A stretch of DNA of 64,000 bases from Laetmonice hystrix (Eukaryota), in NCBI GenBank assembly GCA_965235115.1, contig OZ249436.1, forward strand, positions 36,644,001-36,708,000, in the 5' to 3' direction. A program made the position numbers and the translations under genes. The notes beneath the pieces are model-generated. The model worked only from the letters and a program-made list of their open reading frames with translations, was not told where the DNA came from and made no database searches. Below are positions 22,855-37,903 of this stretch, in pieces. Each line of letters begins with the position of its first letter. The stretch's first letter is position 1.

Positions 22855-24867
22855 TAGTCCATCACCATTGGTCCAGCTCTTATTGATCGCAGCACATCTT
22901 GGCAGTGTGCCACACTGCCACCAGGTGGCGCCCACGTTGACAGTTGGCTCGGTCCGGAGACCATGATTTCCCCTACTTGATAAACAGCTGCTGCCGTCTG
23001 GAGCCAGGGAACGGAACTAGAAGCGCTTGGCCCTGCCTTCACATTCCAGCGGCGGCGGCGGCGGTAAGGACGGCGGCTGGAGGTGGTGGCAGTCACAGGG
23101 GCTTGGCCGCCATGTGACGGCTGCGGCGAGTCGGCCAAGGGTTGACTCTGTGCACCGCCAGGGGGAGCTGTTGAACTGAGCTGGGTGGGATGTGTGTGAT
23201 GAACTTACCTAACTGTGATGTCCAAGCTAAGTGACCGGGGAGGTGTGGCGGGGTGGCGCGCACCACTAGCCGTACTGTGGCGGCGGCAGGTCGAGCCACA
23301 GCCCGCAGGTAAACCACCCAGGTCGGGCGGCCGGCCGGGGGTCTCCTTCATATTTCACGGCAGCCAGCGGCACACCATGCCTCCAACTCGATGACCCCAG
23401 GTCATGGTCAGTTGAAGGTCATCATCATTGTGTCGTAGATGTCAACTCATCAGGTCGACTGACCTTGTCTTTGGAGGTCACCAGTGCTGTACGGATTCAT
23501 GTCGATGATGTTTTATTTTTCTTTCTTTTTTTTGTTTTTGTTTTTGTTTGAGGGGGGGGGGGGACGGGAGGGAGGGGGGTAGTAGTAATAATAATGTCAC
23601 AGGGGCATGGTATGTGGCTGGTGTGTTGGCGTACTCGGATTGTAAGGTGGTTGCTAGGTACTATAGATATATTATGCACATAAATAAATTATTTAACATG
23701 ATGACGTATGTGTATATAGCGCCCGATGTGATGTGTTTGGGACGGGATGTGAGGGTTTTAATGGTGCAGGGTACAAGATACACACAAGCATTGTTGCTTT
23801 TTCTCACATTAACTGTTCATGGCTTGCTGTTCTCAACACAAGGTAAGAAAAGTCGATATGCATTTATACCCAAAATGTGCCTTGTGGCGGGTTGTAAGCC
23901 TGGCCTCCCCATTCACTAGCTTTGGATGGTAAATGGACCGGTTGCTAGGGGCCCGGACCGTGGCTACGGTGAATGGACCGGTTGCTAGGGGCCCGGACCG
24001 TGTATCTGCGAGCCGTAGTGCTGGGGGGACCAGTGCTGGACAACCAGTACCAGGTTACAAGAACTGGGGACGACAGTTATGTGCAGAACTGATTGGTTTG
24101 GTACCAGTCGGGCTACTGAGGACAAAAAGGAGCGCAAAGCTCCAGGCTACTCTCAGTTAACCCGTAGAATTTCACATTCACAGTTTAGCAAATGAACCAA
24201 TTGCATTTTTTTTATGTCACTCATGCTAATGATGAATAATGTTTCATTTTATTGATAGATATTGATCATAGAACGTGTAACAGTTCTATGATATTGATAA
24301 ACAAGCGTGTCTCTGTGATGACATGCATTGATAATCTACCACCCCGGGGTACAGTTGTAGATACCCGAGGGTTATATTATGCTGGTATTTTGAAAGAAGG
24401 TCAACTACTTGTTTTTGTTCGTAAGGACTTCAAAATGTGGGTAGACCTTGATGTAGAGTGTAGGACCTAAGAATAAGATGCACACGATACGTATGTGTAA
24501 GTTGTTTGCGTCCGTTCAGTCAGTGTAAAAATGTCAAGTCGAGTGTATGGGCTAACTGCCTCTGGGAATATAGAACTCGGAGGGGACACATGGCGAGGTG
24601 CTTGGTAGACAAGGTGCTGCCATCTGGAGGCGACCCTGCCCCTGTCCAAGTCTGCCAGATATTACTCAACGATAACGAGTTCTCATGCCTTTAACGGTGG
24701 AGTTGAAAGATCGCTTTTCATAAAGTTCTTCGGCAAAATAATGTCAGAACTGTGGGATCATGATAAGATATTTCTGACAAGTAAATAAGGAACCCTCTGG
24801 GGTCAGATGAAAATAGCTAGTAACAAACATTTTTTTGAAAAAAAAGATTCCCACAAACGGTTTTTAA

Positions 24868-25004
24868 ATGTGTGAAAGGTTTGTCAGTCAGTTCCCGAAG
24901 GTTTCGTCCACCAAGAAAAACTGACTTTCATCATCATCTTCACCGCCGTGGTATGACCCTGGCTGTTGCAAGGCGTAAAACCCCAAATACCCACCCACCC
25001 ACCC
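24868..25004 (+). mobile_element. Truncated SINE-like retroposon
   Basis: Ends in a (CCCA)n simple-repeat tail; flanked by an imperfect duplication CCCA(C/T)AAACGGTTT; body resembles mollusc-type SINE 3' ends (from memory). Confidence 0.5.
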
Positions 25005-28000
25005 ATAAACGGTTTAAAAGTGAATTGCAGGAGCAAGCAAGTACCCAAAGATTAAATATACGTTTTTCTCCATTTTCTCAGAAAGTCTCAAATGTTATTT
25101 ACTAGCTATTTCCATTTGACGCTAGCACTAACTTTATCTAGAAAAAGGTGTCATATTATCATGCAGGGATAAGAACACTTTTTAACCCCAAAGACTCTTA
25201 CAAACTCTCCTATTATTTATTTCAAAGCCTAGGAAGGCATTACAGTGACAAGTTTTATCAGAAATTCTCCCACGTTAAATGCCGAGTTTACAGCATATTT
25301 ATACAATGAATAAGACTGACACATGGCTTAGACTTACAGTAATCTTAGTTGAGATTTCCCATGTACATGTAGAGTGTTTCTCATTTTTGCTGGTTGTGTA
25401 TGTTTTGGGGAATATGTTGTTAATTGAATGTGTATATGATATAGTCTACATGAAAATACCTACCGAGGAAAAATGCGTAAAACCAGAGATTAGATTCTAC
25501 CTTGGATCCCCTGGATATAGAATCAGTACCGTATTTGTCCCGTGGACGTGGACTTAACACTGTCCTGTGGATACAGAATCAAAGTATCAAAACATTTGTG
25601 AGTGATAGAGAGAGAGGAAATCAAAATGTTTTCAGAGTAGCTGATCACCAAGATACATAGCAACACTTTAAAAAAAAACCTCATAAAGGGGAAATAATTA
25701 TATAAATAATTTATGTAGGGATCTAACTGATTCATAGCGTTTATTTCATAAAGCTCAGTTACAAAATAGATTGACTCATGAAATATTGTTATTAATATAT
25801 ACAGGTATATATAGTAAACCTTATACATGTATTTATACAAATACACCATACGCACCTGCCCAATTCTGATCACGTGGAATTAATTATTTTAATAATTAAG
25901 TTATGAGTTGATAATGCTGAACCCAAAGAGATAGATGCCACTTTTGCCAGTGAACTAAATGGACGTAACTTCAACTTAGTCAAGGAAGCTCATTGACAAT
26001 GGTGAATATATTAGGTTGATACCGGTATTTATATTTTTCATAGCTTTAATATTCAGTTATTGTAGTGCTGTTAAGAATCCTTTGTGAAATTTCAAAGAAA
26101 ACTCGTGCTATTTCCTGGAGAAGTGATTTTACAATAGCAAAGGTGACTAAAATATTCTGTAGGTAAATAGCTATGCAAGATTTTAACCCATTTTCTGATT
26201 CCATCACTAATGTAAACTCTACGAGGAGGACGAGATTGAGTTGTTTACCTTCTTCATTATTGTATGCATCTCTAACGGCAGCTGAGACTTGCGAGTACTA
26301 GATACCCTAAGAGAACGATTTATCAGCCTCTGGTTCCTTTTAAGCTTTCGGATGTTTCAATTTTGCTAAATGATTTTAGCACTTTAGTTATCACAAATGA
26401 CATGTAGTATACTATACTTTTCAACAGAGAAACACATCATTCCTGAATGGCTATAGCAAATTTTACTTCATTTTGGAGACACTGTATATTTATAATCCGG
26501 TGCATTTTGACAGCCAATGTTGAATTAGATGGGTAGTTTTGTTGGTTAATATTTATATATGTTTCTGTTCAAATCGCAACAAAGTCAGATGTGCCCGATG
26601 GATTATTACACAGACTGTAGGAGTTTTAACAGGAATTTATACGTTTCAATTAATTCAGAAAATCTGTGCATTCAAGAAAAGGTATATCATATTAACATGG
26701 CTGGTTTTATGGTTTTATTTTATGAATCGCGTGCCAAAAGAAAGTTGTTAACAGGCTTGGCCATCTCAAAATAGTGATGCCTTAACTTAATGATGCTCAC
26801 ACAAAATAAATATCCTCACGCTGAACCGACCCCCCATCCCCCCTCGATATAGCAGAACAGGGCACTTTATTGACAGCTGGAAGAAAAAAATTGTTTTTGT
26901 CTGTCTGTGATAGATCTCACAATTGCATCACAAAGTAGACCAGAGCAAGGCAGAGTTGCTGTGACATACTATACATTATTGATAATCACTGGCAGTAATA
27001 ATCACGGTAGAAATATGGATCTGTATCCGTTGAGTGGCTTTGTTGTAAAGACTACGGTATTTAAAAAGTCCACAAATTATGTTTTTGACATTCATATTTA
27101 AGACTAGTCAGTATCGCCTGCTTAATATGAAAATGAAAAATGCATGTTGAACGTTTCAGGACCAGTAGTAACTTATCGAGTTCTGTAATACTCAATGAAG
27201 CAGAATTTTCGGAAGCGATTGATGTTGAGTTAAACATCCTTGTTAAGCTGTTTCCGCACAGGAAGCCAAGTTTGTAGTATTCGGTCGTATTAACCTGATG
27301 ACCTGTTAAATGCTGCAGTCATGATACTCTTAGATATACCCACGTTAAACGGTTTAAACGGATAGATGTATCGGCCTGTCAATGAGGTGATCAGGCACCT
27401 CATCTCCTTGAGCTGCATGTGGAGACAATAGGAGACAATAGTTTCACATCACACCAGTCAGTTTGTAATCGTAGCGTAGGATAACTACAATTTGACGTCA
27501 GAGAACTCGCACTGGTGTTTGAGAGAAATTAAGCACTTAGAAAATCTGTTTCATTATTTTGTTTGATTGTTATTTTCTTCTCTTCTTTTTTTTCTTCTTC
27601 TTTCTTAACTTTTTTTTCTCTGCCAGATAGTTCTGGAGTTAACATCTATACGAATTGAATCTGCAGCAAGTATTCATTAAACTGTTGGGGGTAATTTCAT
27701 TTACTCATCTGTCTCAGGTAACGTGAATCAGTACAGACACATGAATACAGGTTTCTGGGCCCCAGGGTGCAGCATCAATGATGTTTTCTCCCACACCCGG
27801 GCCCAGACGCCATCTGTCGTCACTATGTCAGTGCCAGTGTTGTCTTCAGTGCTTTCCGTATAGACATCCTAATTGTGCTGTTTGAAAATCATTCGTGTCA
27901 GATGCGTGTTGAATGTGACCAGCGCTTATGCATATCGCCACCTCCCAATCTGCCAAATGGGAGAATGGTTATTTATAAAGGTCAGACGGTTCATCTCGAC

Positions 28001-28314
28001 CTTTTAATAAGTCCTGACTTTAAGCCACATTGAGTCTCAGTTCTTTCCGAAAATCATGCACAACACATTTTGTCGTAGAAACATATACCAAATGGTGAGT
28101 ATTAAGTCTTCTACTGACAAATACGACAGGGGTATTCCACATTTCCAGTTAAAAGAAACATCGCCAAAGTCATTAGGCATTTATTGTTATTTAAACCAGA
28201 AGATATCTTCATTTGCCTATACTGCGGTACAAAGTACATAAGTTCTTAACCAAATCTATACTGTCATCATAATCTGGCCGGCTCAAAGTCGTTTTCACCC
28301 ACCAACAAGGACAA

Positions 28315-28426
28315 AACGAAACCAAGCTAATGTGTATCATGTTACGAGAGAAGTAACGAAACCAAGCCAATGTGTATCATGTTACGAAGGAAGTAACGAA
28401 ACCAAGCTCATGTGTATCATGTTACG
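28315..28426. repeat. About 40-bp tandem repeat x3
   Basis: AACGAAACCAAGCTAATGTGTATCATGTTACGA repeated. Confidence 0.85.
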
Positions 28427-31400
28427 AAAAAAGACATGTCAACTGTCAGTAAGATTAGAACTAACCAAACCAGTATTGAACGATATGGGCCATTGTATCA
28501 AATAGTCCCATGCATTTCACTAAAGTCGTATGTTGAAAGCTTAGGGGGCGTGGGCCCTGACTATAGGAGTGACTGGTATCAAGAATCAATTGTTGGTGAG
28601 TGACCTGTTGTATGGCACCTTGACCATTGCCAAATACAGTGGGACGCGCTTAAGCCACTACTGGTACATAAAAGGGATTCTCAAAAGTGGCACTTGGTAA
28701 AAAACGCATTTAGGAAATGGTCATTGTAAAGAGCTACATGAATTGAAACGTAAAATTGTTTTAAAATTCTTAAAGGGGCTTTCGCCGTGTTACATTGAAT
28801 CTGAAACATTCCAATTCACTTTCGATCCAAGCAAGATAGATACGCCTAGTACATGTATATAATGATGGTGGTGCTAAGGCACTGGCCAAATGTAACAACA
28901 TTTTACATTGATTTTGCTATTTCGAAAGCGCTCAATTGTGTATTAGCTGTGGTTTCTATGACGTGGGCGTCCCCGACCCTTGACGTCATCACATGCGAGG
29001 CCGAGGGTGTCCGCTGTACCATAGCCAGTATTAGTGTCACAAACGCCAAGAACTGTGGAGCTATATTCAGTCGCCTTGAAAATGTCCCTTGTCCGCACAT
29101 TTGCCTAGATTCCAACGAAACGCTGAGGTTTGCGGGAGTTTTGAGTGCAAACGTTTCTGATTGACGTTTCTCGGGATGAGAAGTACGTGTCAGCAGGCAG
29201 GGTGGATGGTTGGAAGCATCCGTCTGTAATCTGACCTAATAACCACGTACACACTGACATTGTACTCTATTTCTCGACATATGGTGGTAATATTTCCTTG
29301 TATTAAATGTCCCAGTGATAGATTGAATGAAGGTTGAGTGCCTTATGCTCACTTCATGTTCTTTATGCTGGGGTCATTTGAGACATTTGGGACAGTTGAA
29401 AGGCCATTTATCGCTCTTCCTTTTGAAGATCTTAAAATGAAGATTGCCAGTATATTATATATATATTTATATATATTAAAATGTATGTAAATATATGTAC
29501 AATCATAGTCAGTATATACATTATAAAGTGTACTCGCTGCAATGATACCAGGATTGATTTCCACTGTGTAAAGATATATCCATATGTTTGAGATGTATGT
29601 TAAGCCGATTCAGGATCAAAATGTAACAACCTTCTGCCGCTGTAGTTGGGGCACAACTCGGTCCTTCAGGAGGTATTTGTAGTAAATTCAAAATACTGCT
29701 AGTGAATCCCTACCAAAGAGTTTAATTCAGTCCAAGTGTTTCTTGTTTATCAAATCGTGCAGAAAACGAAAGTGTCGGATTTGGGCAGTTTCTTTCCACA
29801 CCATGGAAAAGAAGACATCAATTGGCGTGGAGTTGTTACGGGCTTTTTAGAGTCGGCGACCATTTTGTAGAGGGCAGTCAAGGTCGTAGGGACCGTCCTC
29901 GTTATGTGGTGTATTCGCACTGTCTTTGTCCAATGTAATATCAGTGTTCACTTTTGTATATCTTAGCGAAGTCCAGACAGAAGGAAAATTGTTTCTCGTA
30001 GCCTTTTGTGAACAGCCTTGTGTGTTACCCCAAGGCCCACTCGGTACATGATTGAAAGATGGGTGCACAGATAATTCATTGTGTCTAAAAAGTATGTAAG
30101 ATGATTTTGGTGTGTCATTAAAATCTTTATTTGTATATAAAAGAGCAGTCCATATTTGTTGTCTACTTCTTTTAGCGTAGTATACTGATAGCAGTCGGAG
30201 AACGCAACGTAGAGGTTTTAATCAGACAAGGATCATGAATTTTCCTAATGATTTGTTGGTTTCTTCTATGGTTTTATATACAGACAGTAATATACTACAC
30301 TAAATAGATTACCGGTAGTACGTACACAGTAATGTCCTCTCCTGCTGCCATGCATAGATTTGTTTCATGACTTATTTCTTTTATGGATCTTCACCTTTTG
30401 CACCTGAACATTACTTTCTCTTATTTGTATTGAGCTCAGCTCTTGGACTTTTTTCTTCTTTAGAGTACCACGGAGCTGCTCCACAATTTTGGTTTATGTC
30501 AAATCCGTGTTTGTCTTTCCTGTGTGCTTGCCTATCTTCTTCGCTTCCTTAATTAAACTGTAATTTTTTTTGACAATGGAAAAATGCCAAAAGAAAATAC
30601 CGTATCTTGGTATATCAAAGGGTTTCGAAAACGTTTGTTCTATAAACCTGTAGCCATGCGCTTATTGCAGCAGCAAAAATGTGAATTCCCTGAGCTTTGC
30701 CAAGCGCGACTCCCCTCCTATGAGTGTGTATAGCAGTCTTTTTGTGCAGGAATTTAGAATGAAATCAAGTTTTGTAATGTAAGACGAATGGATGATCTAA
30801 TGAAGGTTGGTTGTAACATTATACCGGTATGTAAAAGTTTTCTAAGCTAACCCACCACTGATTGCTTAATAAGAAAAACGTCTGTACAGGAACCATTCTC
30901 CCCATTCCCCTCCAACCATCACTTGCAGATTTGCAATACTGACTAGATTCTACAACGTTAGGCACTTTGATCACATACTGTAGTAAGGAGTGCACCATAG
31001 ATATATTATCACACGTAGACACTGCCAAACACTCGCTTTGTAAGTTGAGTAAGATTCCTCCTCCACGGCCCCTTTCTCTTTCTTCTGGGATATCTACGTC
31101 AGAGGTTTGGTCGGTTTTCACGATTCAGTTTAGGTGGGAATAAGTGCGTGAGATATATTCTATAATAAACATTGTTATATTGATGTACCCCGACTCACAC
31201 TTTGTTCTTTGTACACCAGTAATTGTTCCCTACTCAGTCAGCTAGGTTGTTCCCGGTCAGTCCCTGTTGCCACGCCAACCTGGGGAAGCCTCCCTCAGGA
31301 AAGCTAGTCGCTATAGCAACAAGAACAGTCGGGTGCCGGGTGAGTGGCGGAGGCCCATGCTCTTCAGTTCTGGATTTCGTTGCTGCTTCTCTCGGACTTG

Positions 31401-33011
31401 TAGACACGCTAGGACGTACCTTTTGCATGATCCCCAATGGTTTCTTTTACACAATCATTCAGGTTCCACAAAATCTAACACCCGTAGTAGATACCACTAA
31501 TCGTGCTCTGTGTACCCTCTCGTATTTAGTTGGTCATGGTAGGTTGAGTTCGGAGTGCTTAGTGGATTTTACTCCCATCCTTTAAAAAAAAATCTTTCTT
31601 TAGTTCTCTGCACTTATGGTAGCTTCTTCCTTGGATGCTTTGCGAGTTAACGCATGGAAACGGGCCACTGCAGGGGTCCCTGCAGAAAAAATCAGTGTTG
31701 AAGGACATTACGTGTAAATTCATGATCTTTGTATTATTATATTTTGTCTTCTACCGGTAAATGTGGATATTTTAATGACGCACCATTTGCACTGCATAAG
31801 TTGCATCTGTATGATCCACAGTGAGTTTGGTTTCCCGAGTGGCTTTAGACTCGGTTGATGCATGTTGTCTTAACCAGCATAGAACTCCCCAGTTTATGTG
31901 TATATACCACGCCCTTGGCTTCTTATCAGTGCTGTCAGAAACAGTATAAGGGTATCGTCATAAGATGGTACAGGTTTGGTGCCATGTTACATGGTGTAGG
32001 TACTTGAACCTACCAAAGCAACCTCCAAGCAGACCATAGCTTAAGAAAAGCTAAACCTTGGAAGTTTGTCTGTACAAATTATGCAAGGTACGGAACGTGT
32101 AGGCTCGCTGGCCAACTCGAGCAGTGTATTATTTAGTGCATTATTTAGTGCTACCATTTTTGCCAAGATCCTTAGATGACATAAATAAGGATGATACCTA
32201 ACGAAAGGAGACGTAGACATTTTGGTGTTATTGGGATTGGTTTTTCTCTTGAAGATAAAAATCCAGCAAGCAAAAGTTGTGGCTGGCCCTTTGCTTGGGG
32301 GATGCAGGAAAAAATATTTTGGGAACAATGCATTTTTGATTTGTACTGATATGCCATGTTACTAAAAATATGAGATCAAAGGGGAACACTTGATGAACCT
32401 CTTTGTATTGTCACTGTTTGGCATAAAACCTTGGTTTTAGAGATTACTATAATAACTGCATTGTAACAATGCATTATGAATTAACGTATATGATAAATCG
32501 ATCGTTTCAGATGTACAATTTCTTGTTATCGTTCGGTTTGTTTATGTTAAATCCAGATGAAAGGCTCATACCCTTACTGTAGGCTGTAGGCACCATAGGT
32601 AGCCTGTGTTGTAGCTTTGTAATAGAGAAATGCTCTTCTTTTCTGTAGTGGTTCATAGTCACTGTTTTCTACACTAACTGTTCTATTTCGACGAAGTATT
32701 GTCAAGTGTATGATCCATGTATCGGAGTTACAGTGTTTATTTTGCCAACCTGCTATATACAAATATTATTTGCAAGCCCCTATTTGATTGAGATTGATGC
32801 CTGAGTTAATGTCTTTTTACGCACACTATCGTATTTATTTCTGATAAATATAAGGTTTTAACTTGTAATTAATTTAAGGTTAAATGTAGGCCAAGCTCTG
32901 CTTTTAGAAGACTTGGGCGTATCGTTGTCGAATGGATGTGGAATTAATTATCATGGATTTCTGTTTGAAATTGTTTCACTGAATTTGTGCTTTTCATCTC
33001 TTTTTGGACAG

Positions 33012-33604
33012 TTTGCAAAGCAGGGGAGTATTTGCTGCAGGACTTCTGCTATAAAAAGTGTCCGCAGAGCTTCTACGACAGCAGTCGGAACACGACAAAC
33101 GTTGAGGGACCCCAGGACAATGGGACAGGTACGCTACAACTCGTCTGTGAACAGTGCCATGTCGAGTGCACCCGGTGTTTCGGCCCAGCCCATAACGAGT
33201 GCTTGGCCTGTGCCAATGGCTTCCAGCACGACACTCAGCGGTTTCTATGTGAGAGGGAGGAGACGTCATCCGGGCCCTACAGTCCCAAAAGTTTCATGTG
33301 GCTTCCAGTTGTGGTAGCTATTGGAATACTCATTGCGTTAGCTGCGAGCGTTGGAACTTTTCTGTTCCTGCAAGCCAGAGACAGTGGATGTAGGCGAAAG
33401 CAGGTCAAGTACATTGATCTAGGTAAGAATAGGTTCAGTGCTATTAATAAATATAGTGGTATCAAGCTAGGCCCTCAGAAGACGAGCCTGCTGGCCTCTG
33501 AAAGTGAAGAGAGCGTGGAGGAAGATGAAGAGGTTGAGTTGGGAACTGGAGGGCGGGGATTGTCACGGCTAGACGACCAACTAGTGATGGACAATACATT
33601 CTGA
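33012..33604 (+). CDS. FURIN: Furin terminal exon: Cys-rich region, transmembrane helix, cytoplasmic tail
   Basis: Phase-1 acceptor; CYKKCP..CEQCHVECTRCFGPAHNECLAC (furin-like repeat); TM WLPVVVAIGILIALAASVGTFLFL; YIDL/YSGI, LL and acidic SESEESVEEDEE motifs. Confidence 0.92.
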
Positions 33605-36600
33605 CAACTGGCGTTACGTGATATTTGAATGTGTCACCTCTATCTGTGATGATCAGTATTCCTTTGTTAACACTTGGGACAAACTCTTAAAGATCATGAC
33701 ATTGCATGTATACATAGTGGTATTGCCGAGGCACCGTACACTCATCACCATAGCAATAATCTTCGAACGTGTAACGTAGTTACGTGACCGAAGTGATCGT
33801 AGGACATAGAGTCGTTACGTGCTTTCAGAAGGGGGATCTGTGGGTGAAGGTTGTATATATGTAAAGTTCACAAAATGGTAACGTTCGAAACTTTTATTCT
33901 TATGTGTGCAAGATTACGAGGCTGATAAAAATGGTTGAAAAAGAGTACTTAAGAAAATTGTTCTATACTCTACAAACAATATTCTAGATGTTAGATAAAG
34001 CAGCAAGGTGTGGTTGAGCCACCCATTGGACGGTTAACAAGAAGAATGTTTAATTGATGAGAAAATGAAAGGATGTTGTCAATTTTAATGTGGTATGAAC
34101 TAACATAACCTGTAGCCGCCCCTCATTCTTGGCTTTCCCTTTTTAAAAAACCCTGTACCAACAGGATTTGCATATTAACCACCTCAGTGTGCCTGAATGT
34201 GGGTCTCTGTAGGCCTACCATATTGGTTGGCCTTGCGGCAGGTTCCTATGTCCAGCAATAGACTATAGTATATACCGGTAAGTGGCGTCGAGTCGCCACA
34301 TCTCCAAGAGGCCAGTGTATAGACCTCTACCACAGCACCGTTATCACATATTGGAGGGTTAAATCAACACATTGTAGACTATTATACTTGCAGAATTTAC
34401 ACAGGTATTATAACTAGTTGACTGAAGCAGTATGTATACTTGTATTTAGGCATTCCCAATTTGAAGAGTGAATATTATGTATTTAGTACATGTAGATCAT
34501 ACTCTGGTCTATGTTTTATGTAGGATTGTCTTCTGAGTGGTTCTGACCTCATCGTTAAGATGGCAAACTTCAACACGCTCACTATACACATACGCTGAAC
34601 TATACACACAAGCTGAACTTTACGCACATTTACGGCATGTTTCAGCTACAATGTACATGTAGTGGTAAATACCAACAGATCACCCAGCAGATTGATCTCA
34701 TTGTCAGAATCACAGAACTACACTAAAGTTTAGTGTGGTTCTCTGGTCAGAATGAACCGTATCTTCAATCTATATACTATTAACGAGATCTTTGTTGTTT
34801 CTAAGGTAATAGTTATGAGTATGCCACTGAAAATATCCATAAAGGCATTAATCTTGGACATCATTTTGAGCTGTGTTGGTAGGAATTGGAGCTGCGAGAT
34901 GTTTGGCAATTACTGATATCTTTGTCTAGTAACCAGAAACTCTTGCCAAACAGTGATTGTGACATATGCGCGTAGTTATTAAAGCGAATCCTGTTCTGTC
35001 CAGATAAATATGTATATTGATTATATTTTTGTAAAATGTGTAGGAGATGGGACTGCTGAGAGAGAAACTACTCCAATAACAAAGTGAGACGGGAATACCG
35101 TAAAGTGAAACAGTTCCTGTTAACCCAGTGGTTTTACAAGTCATGTAATAGAATATAAAACAACTTTATAAACGTGTACATCCTTTAGGGGGCGACAAGT
35201 AAAATACATGAAACAAAGGGCAATTATATGTACATGGAAACGAATCTTACGTGCTATAAATCCAGTAGGGCAGCCTCCAGGGAAAAAGTCATGCTATAGG
35301 TAAAGTTCGATTTTGCTACTTTCACGTGTGCTTTCAGAAAATAGTTATCCTGACGGGTAGCAGTAGGAAGACTAGTCAAGTGGTCGTGCGGTATGACGTT
35401 TACTTAAAAAAACGGTCGCCCGATTCTTTGGAGCCGGTACACCCAAAGCTGGACTTTTAAGTCTAAGTTTTAGTCCCTCCAGTTGGAGGAAGTAACTCTC
35501 CAGAATGAGACCATCACTTTAATAAGTTGTCCAAACCAAAGTTACTACCACCGTTGCTCGATGTGACGAGGCCTTGCGCCAGGTGCCGGTCAAAATAAAA
35601 ATGCCATTTTAAAAGCACCAAGGTTTCCACGTTGAATGAGCGGAGGAATTTTACCTTCAAGATTTGATGTGAAGGCAAGCTTGAAAAGTGGTCAAAAGAA
35701 GTACACGAAGGCCTATTGCGCCCTTGGATATTCTGACTGGCTGAAGCAGCAGAGAATGAACACAGATTAAAAACCAGGAGAACATAGTATTTGTGGGCAT
35801 TAAACATCGTTAGCAAGATTTCAGGCTAGATGTAGCTAGATGTACACTGTAAATTAAGGTTAGCAAGAAATACCTCTGAAAGTTCTAATCACGGGCATCT
35901 GCTGGAGGCAGAGGGGCGCCCCTGGTTACTGAGAACAATTGGTTACTGCCCCCCCCCCCCACCTTACAACTAGTTTTGGGCCCTATCCATGCCTCCAGTT
36001 CCAAAAAAGGTAACAGAAGTGTTTTATCTTTTGATTTTGTCTTGTACTTGTACCGAGGTATGCCACTCGACTTGTACTCTTTAAAACTACCGTTTGCTAG
36101 GATATAGGTGGTAGGCCTAAGTACAAGAGAAAATCTAAAATGAATTATCAGAATATATTTGTCTATTGTTGGTACAGTAGTCGTGGCTGCTGGTTGAGGT
36201 GCGTTGGCCCGTGTGAACATGAACAATTCCCAAGTGTACAAATTATTATGTCTCACAAGAATAAAATCTCAAATCACAATCAAATCAAATGTATTCGAGT
36301 TTTGTTGTATAATTATATTCGAGTTTCTGCCGGTCTTTCTTTCTTTGGTAACACCAAATTATTTTGTTCATTTCAAGCAAGGGTATGTTGTGGTCTGGTG
36401 GTAGGCCGAGGTCTGTTGTTCGATCTATGTCATTTTTTTCTGGTGAGGGGATCTATATTAACAAAGGGGGCCATAACCACCAAAAAGTCTTGGTTCAATT
36501 TGAGCTTTCCCAGAACATAGCTTCTATCTAACTAATATCAGGATGACCACAGCAAAGGGGAAACGGACCCCGAATATTCCCTGCAGGTAAATCGTAGGGA

Positions 36601-37903
36601 GTTTGTTTTTAAAATCTCAAAAACGGAAAAAAATAACGTCGACAGCCAGAAAAAAAATGCTCTCGGGCATCTATAGTTGGATGAAATAATGGCGATCTGA
36701 TTCAAGATGACCGACTGGTCGCCATAGATAATGAAAACAATTAGCAGCCATATATCATGTACATGTATAAGATCACAGGGACAATTTATCACGGGGCAAG
36801 ATAAACGTGGTGGGCGCTAGTTAGGAGGGGGGGGGGGAGGGTTACTTTCGTCGCGTGAATGGCCAACTTCCTCAATTATTTTACGTAATGCGTGACAGGA
36901 TCATTCCGCATGAAGCGTGATCCATGAAAATAATTTGATGTGATTCGTGATTAACTACCTTATTTTAAGTGAATTGTGAATTCAACGTCAAAGATCGTGA
37001 ATTCTTGACATGACAACCAGATTCGTCTAAAACGAAATGACTGTAAATATTATGTCATTCGGTGAAATCGTGTCAACTGAGAGGTGGGGCTGGTACGGAC
37101 TGGCTAGCTTGGGCTTTACCTAGCCTATATCGGGTGGGCCCCAAAAAACCAAACTGGAATACTCTTTTCTTGACTGTAACTTCTATAATTTTTATTCCAA
37201 TGTCATAAAAAATACATTTGGTTATTTGGGGCATGTGGTACAAATTTCAAATAAATAGGTAAAAACGTATAAAAATAGTGCCATTTTAGAATCTGCATGC
37301 CGGACCACTGGCTGAGCACAGAAAACGGGCGTAAGGGTAGGCCTACGTCCGACGTATCGCAGTCACAAAGTAAAGTTATGCCGAGTGCATAAAATGGGCG
37401 CAGAATAAGTTGGGTCGTAAAAAAGTCACGCCTGTGAGGTAGGAGGAGGCCGTAGCAGCGGAGTATCTTCCACGAGCACAACAGAATTTAATATGGTTGG
37501 AATCGCACACTGGTTCTACGACGGACGTAGTAAGTTGCGCCTGAATTCCTCTAAGATCTCGTGTGGAACGTGGAAAGTACAGGAGAATCCCTTTTCCGAT
37601 AAGTAGGCCAGTCGGAGTCTAGGTAATGCCCGATGCACACTACACCACTTGCTAAGACGCGATAGTTGAGTTGCTATTTTCCCCGATTCCCGATTAAAGA
37701 CTGACACGTGCACACTACCCGACAGTTGTTGGGCCCAATTCATTTTTTGAATCATATATGACTCCCGGTTGCCGACTCGAAACCCGTTGTAACTTCGTCG
37801 TAATGCCCGGTGCACACTACAAGATTTTCAGTCAGGGATCAGCAATCTGAGCAGTCGCCGTTAACTTGAGGCTGACAGTCGTGTAGTGTGCACTGGGCAT
37901 AAA

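Noticed and set aside
31220..31585. ORFs after an acceptor-like site as a further furin exon
   Set aside because: Phase-1 reading from 31220 stops after 8 codons; no furin-like motifs
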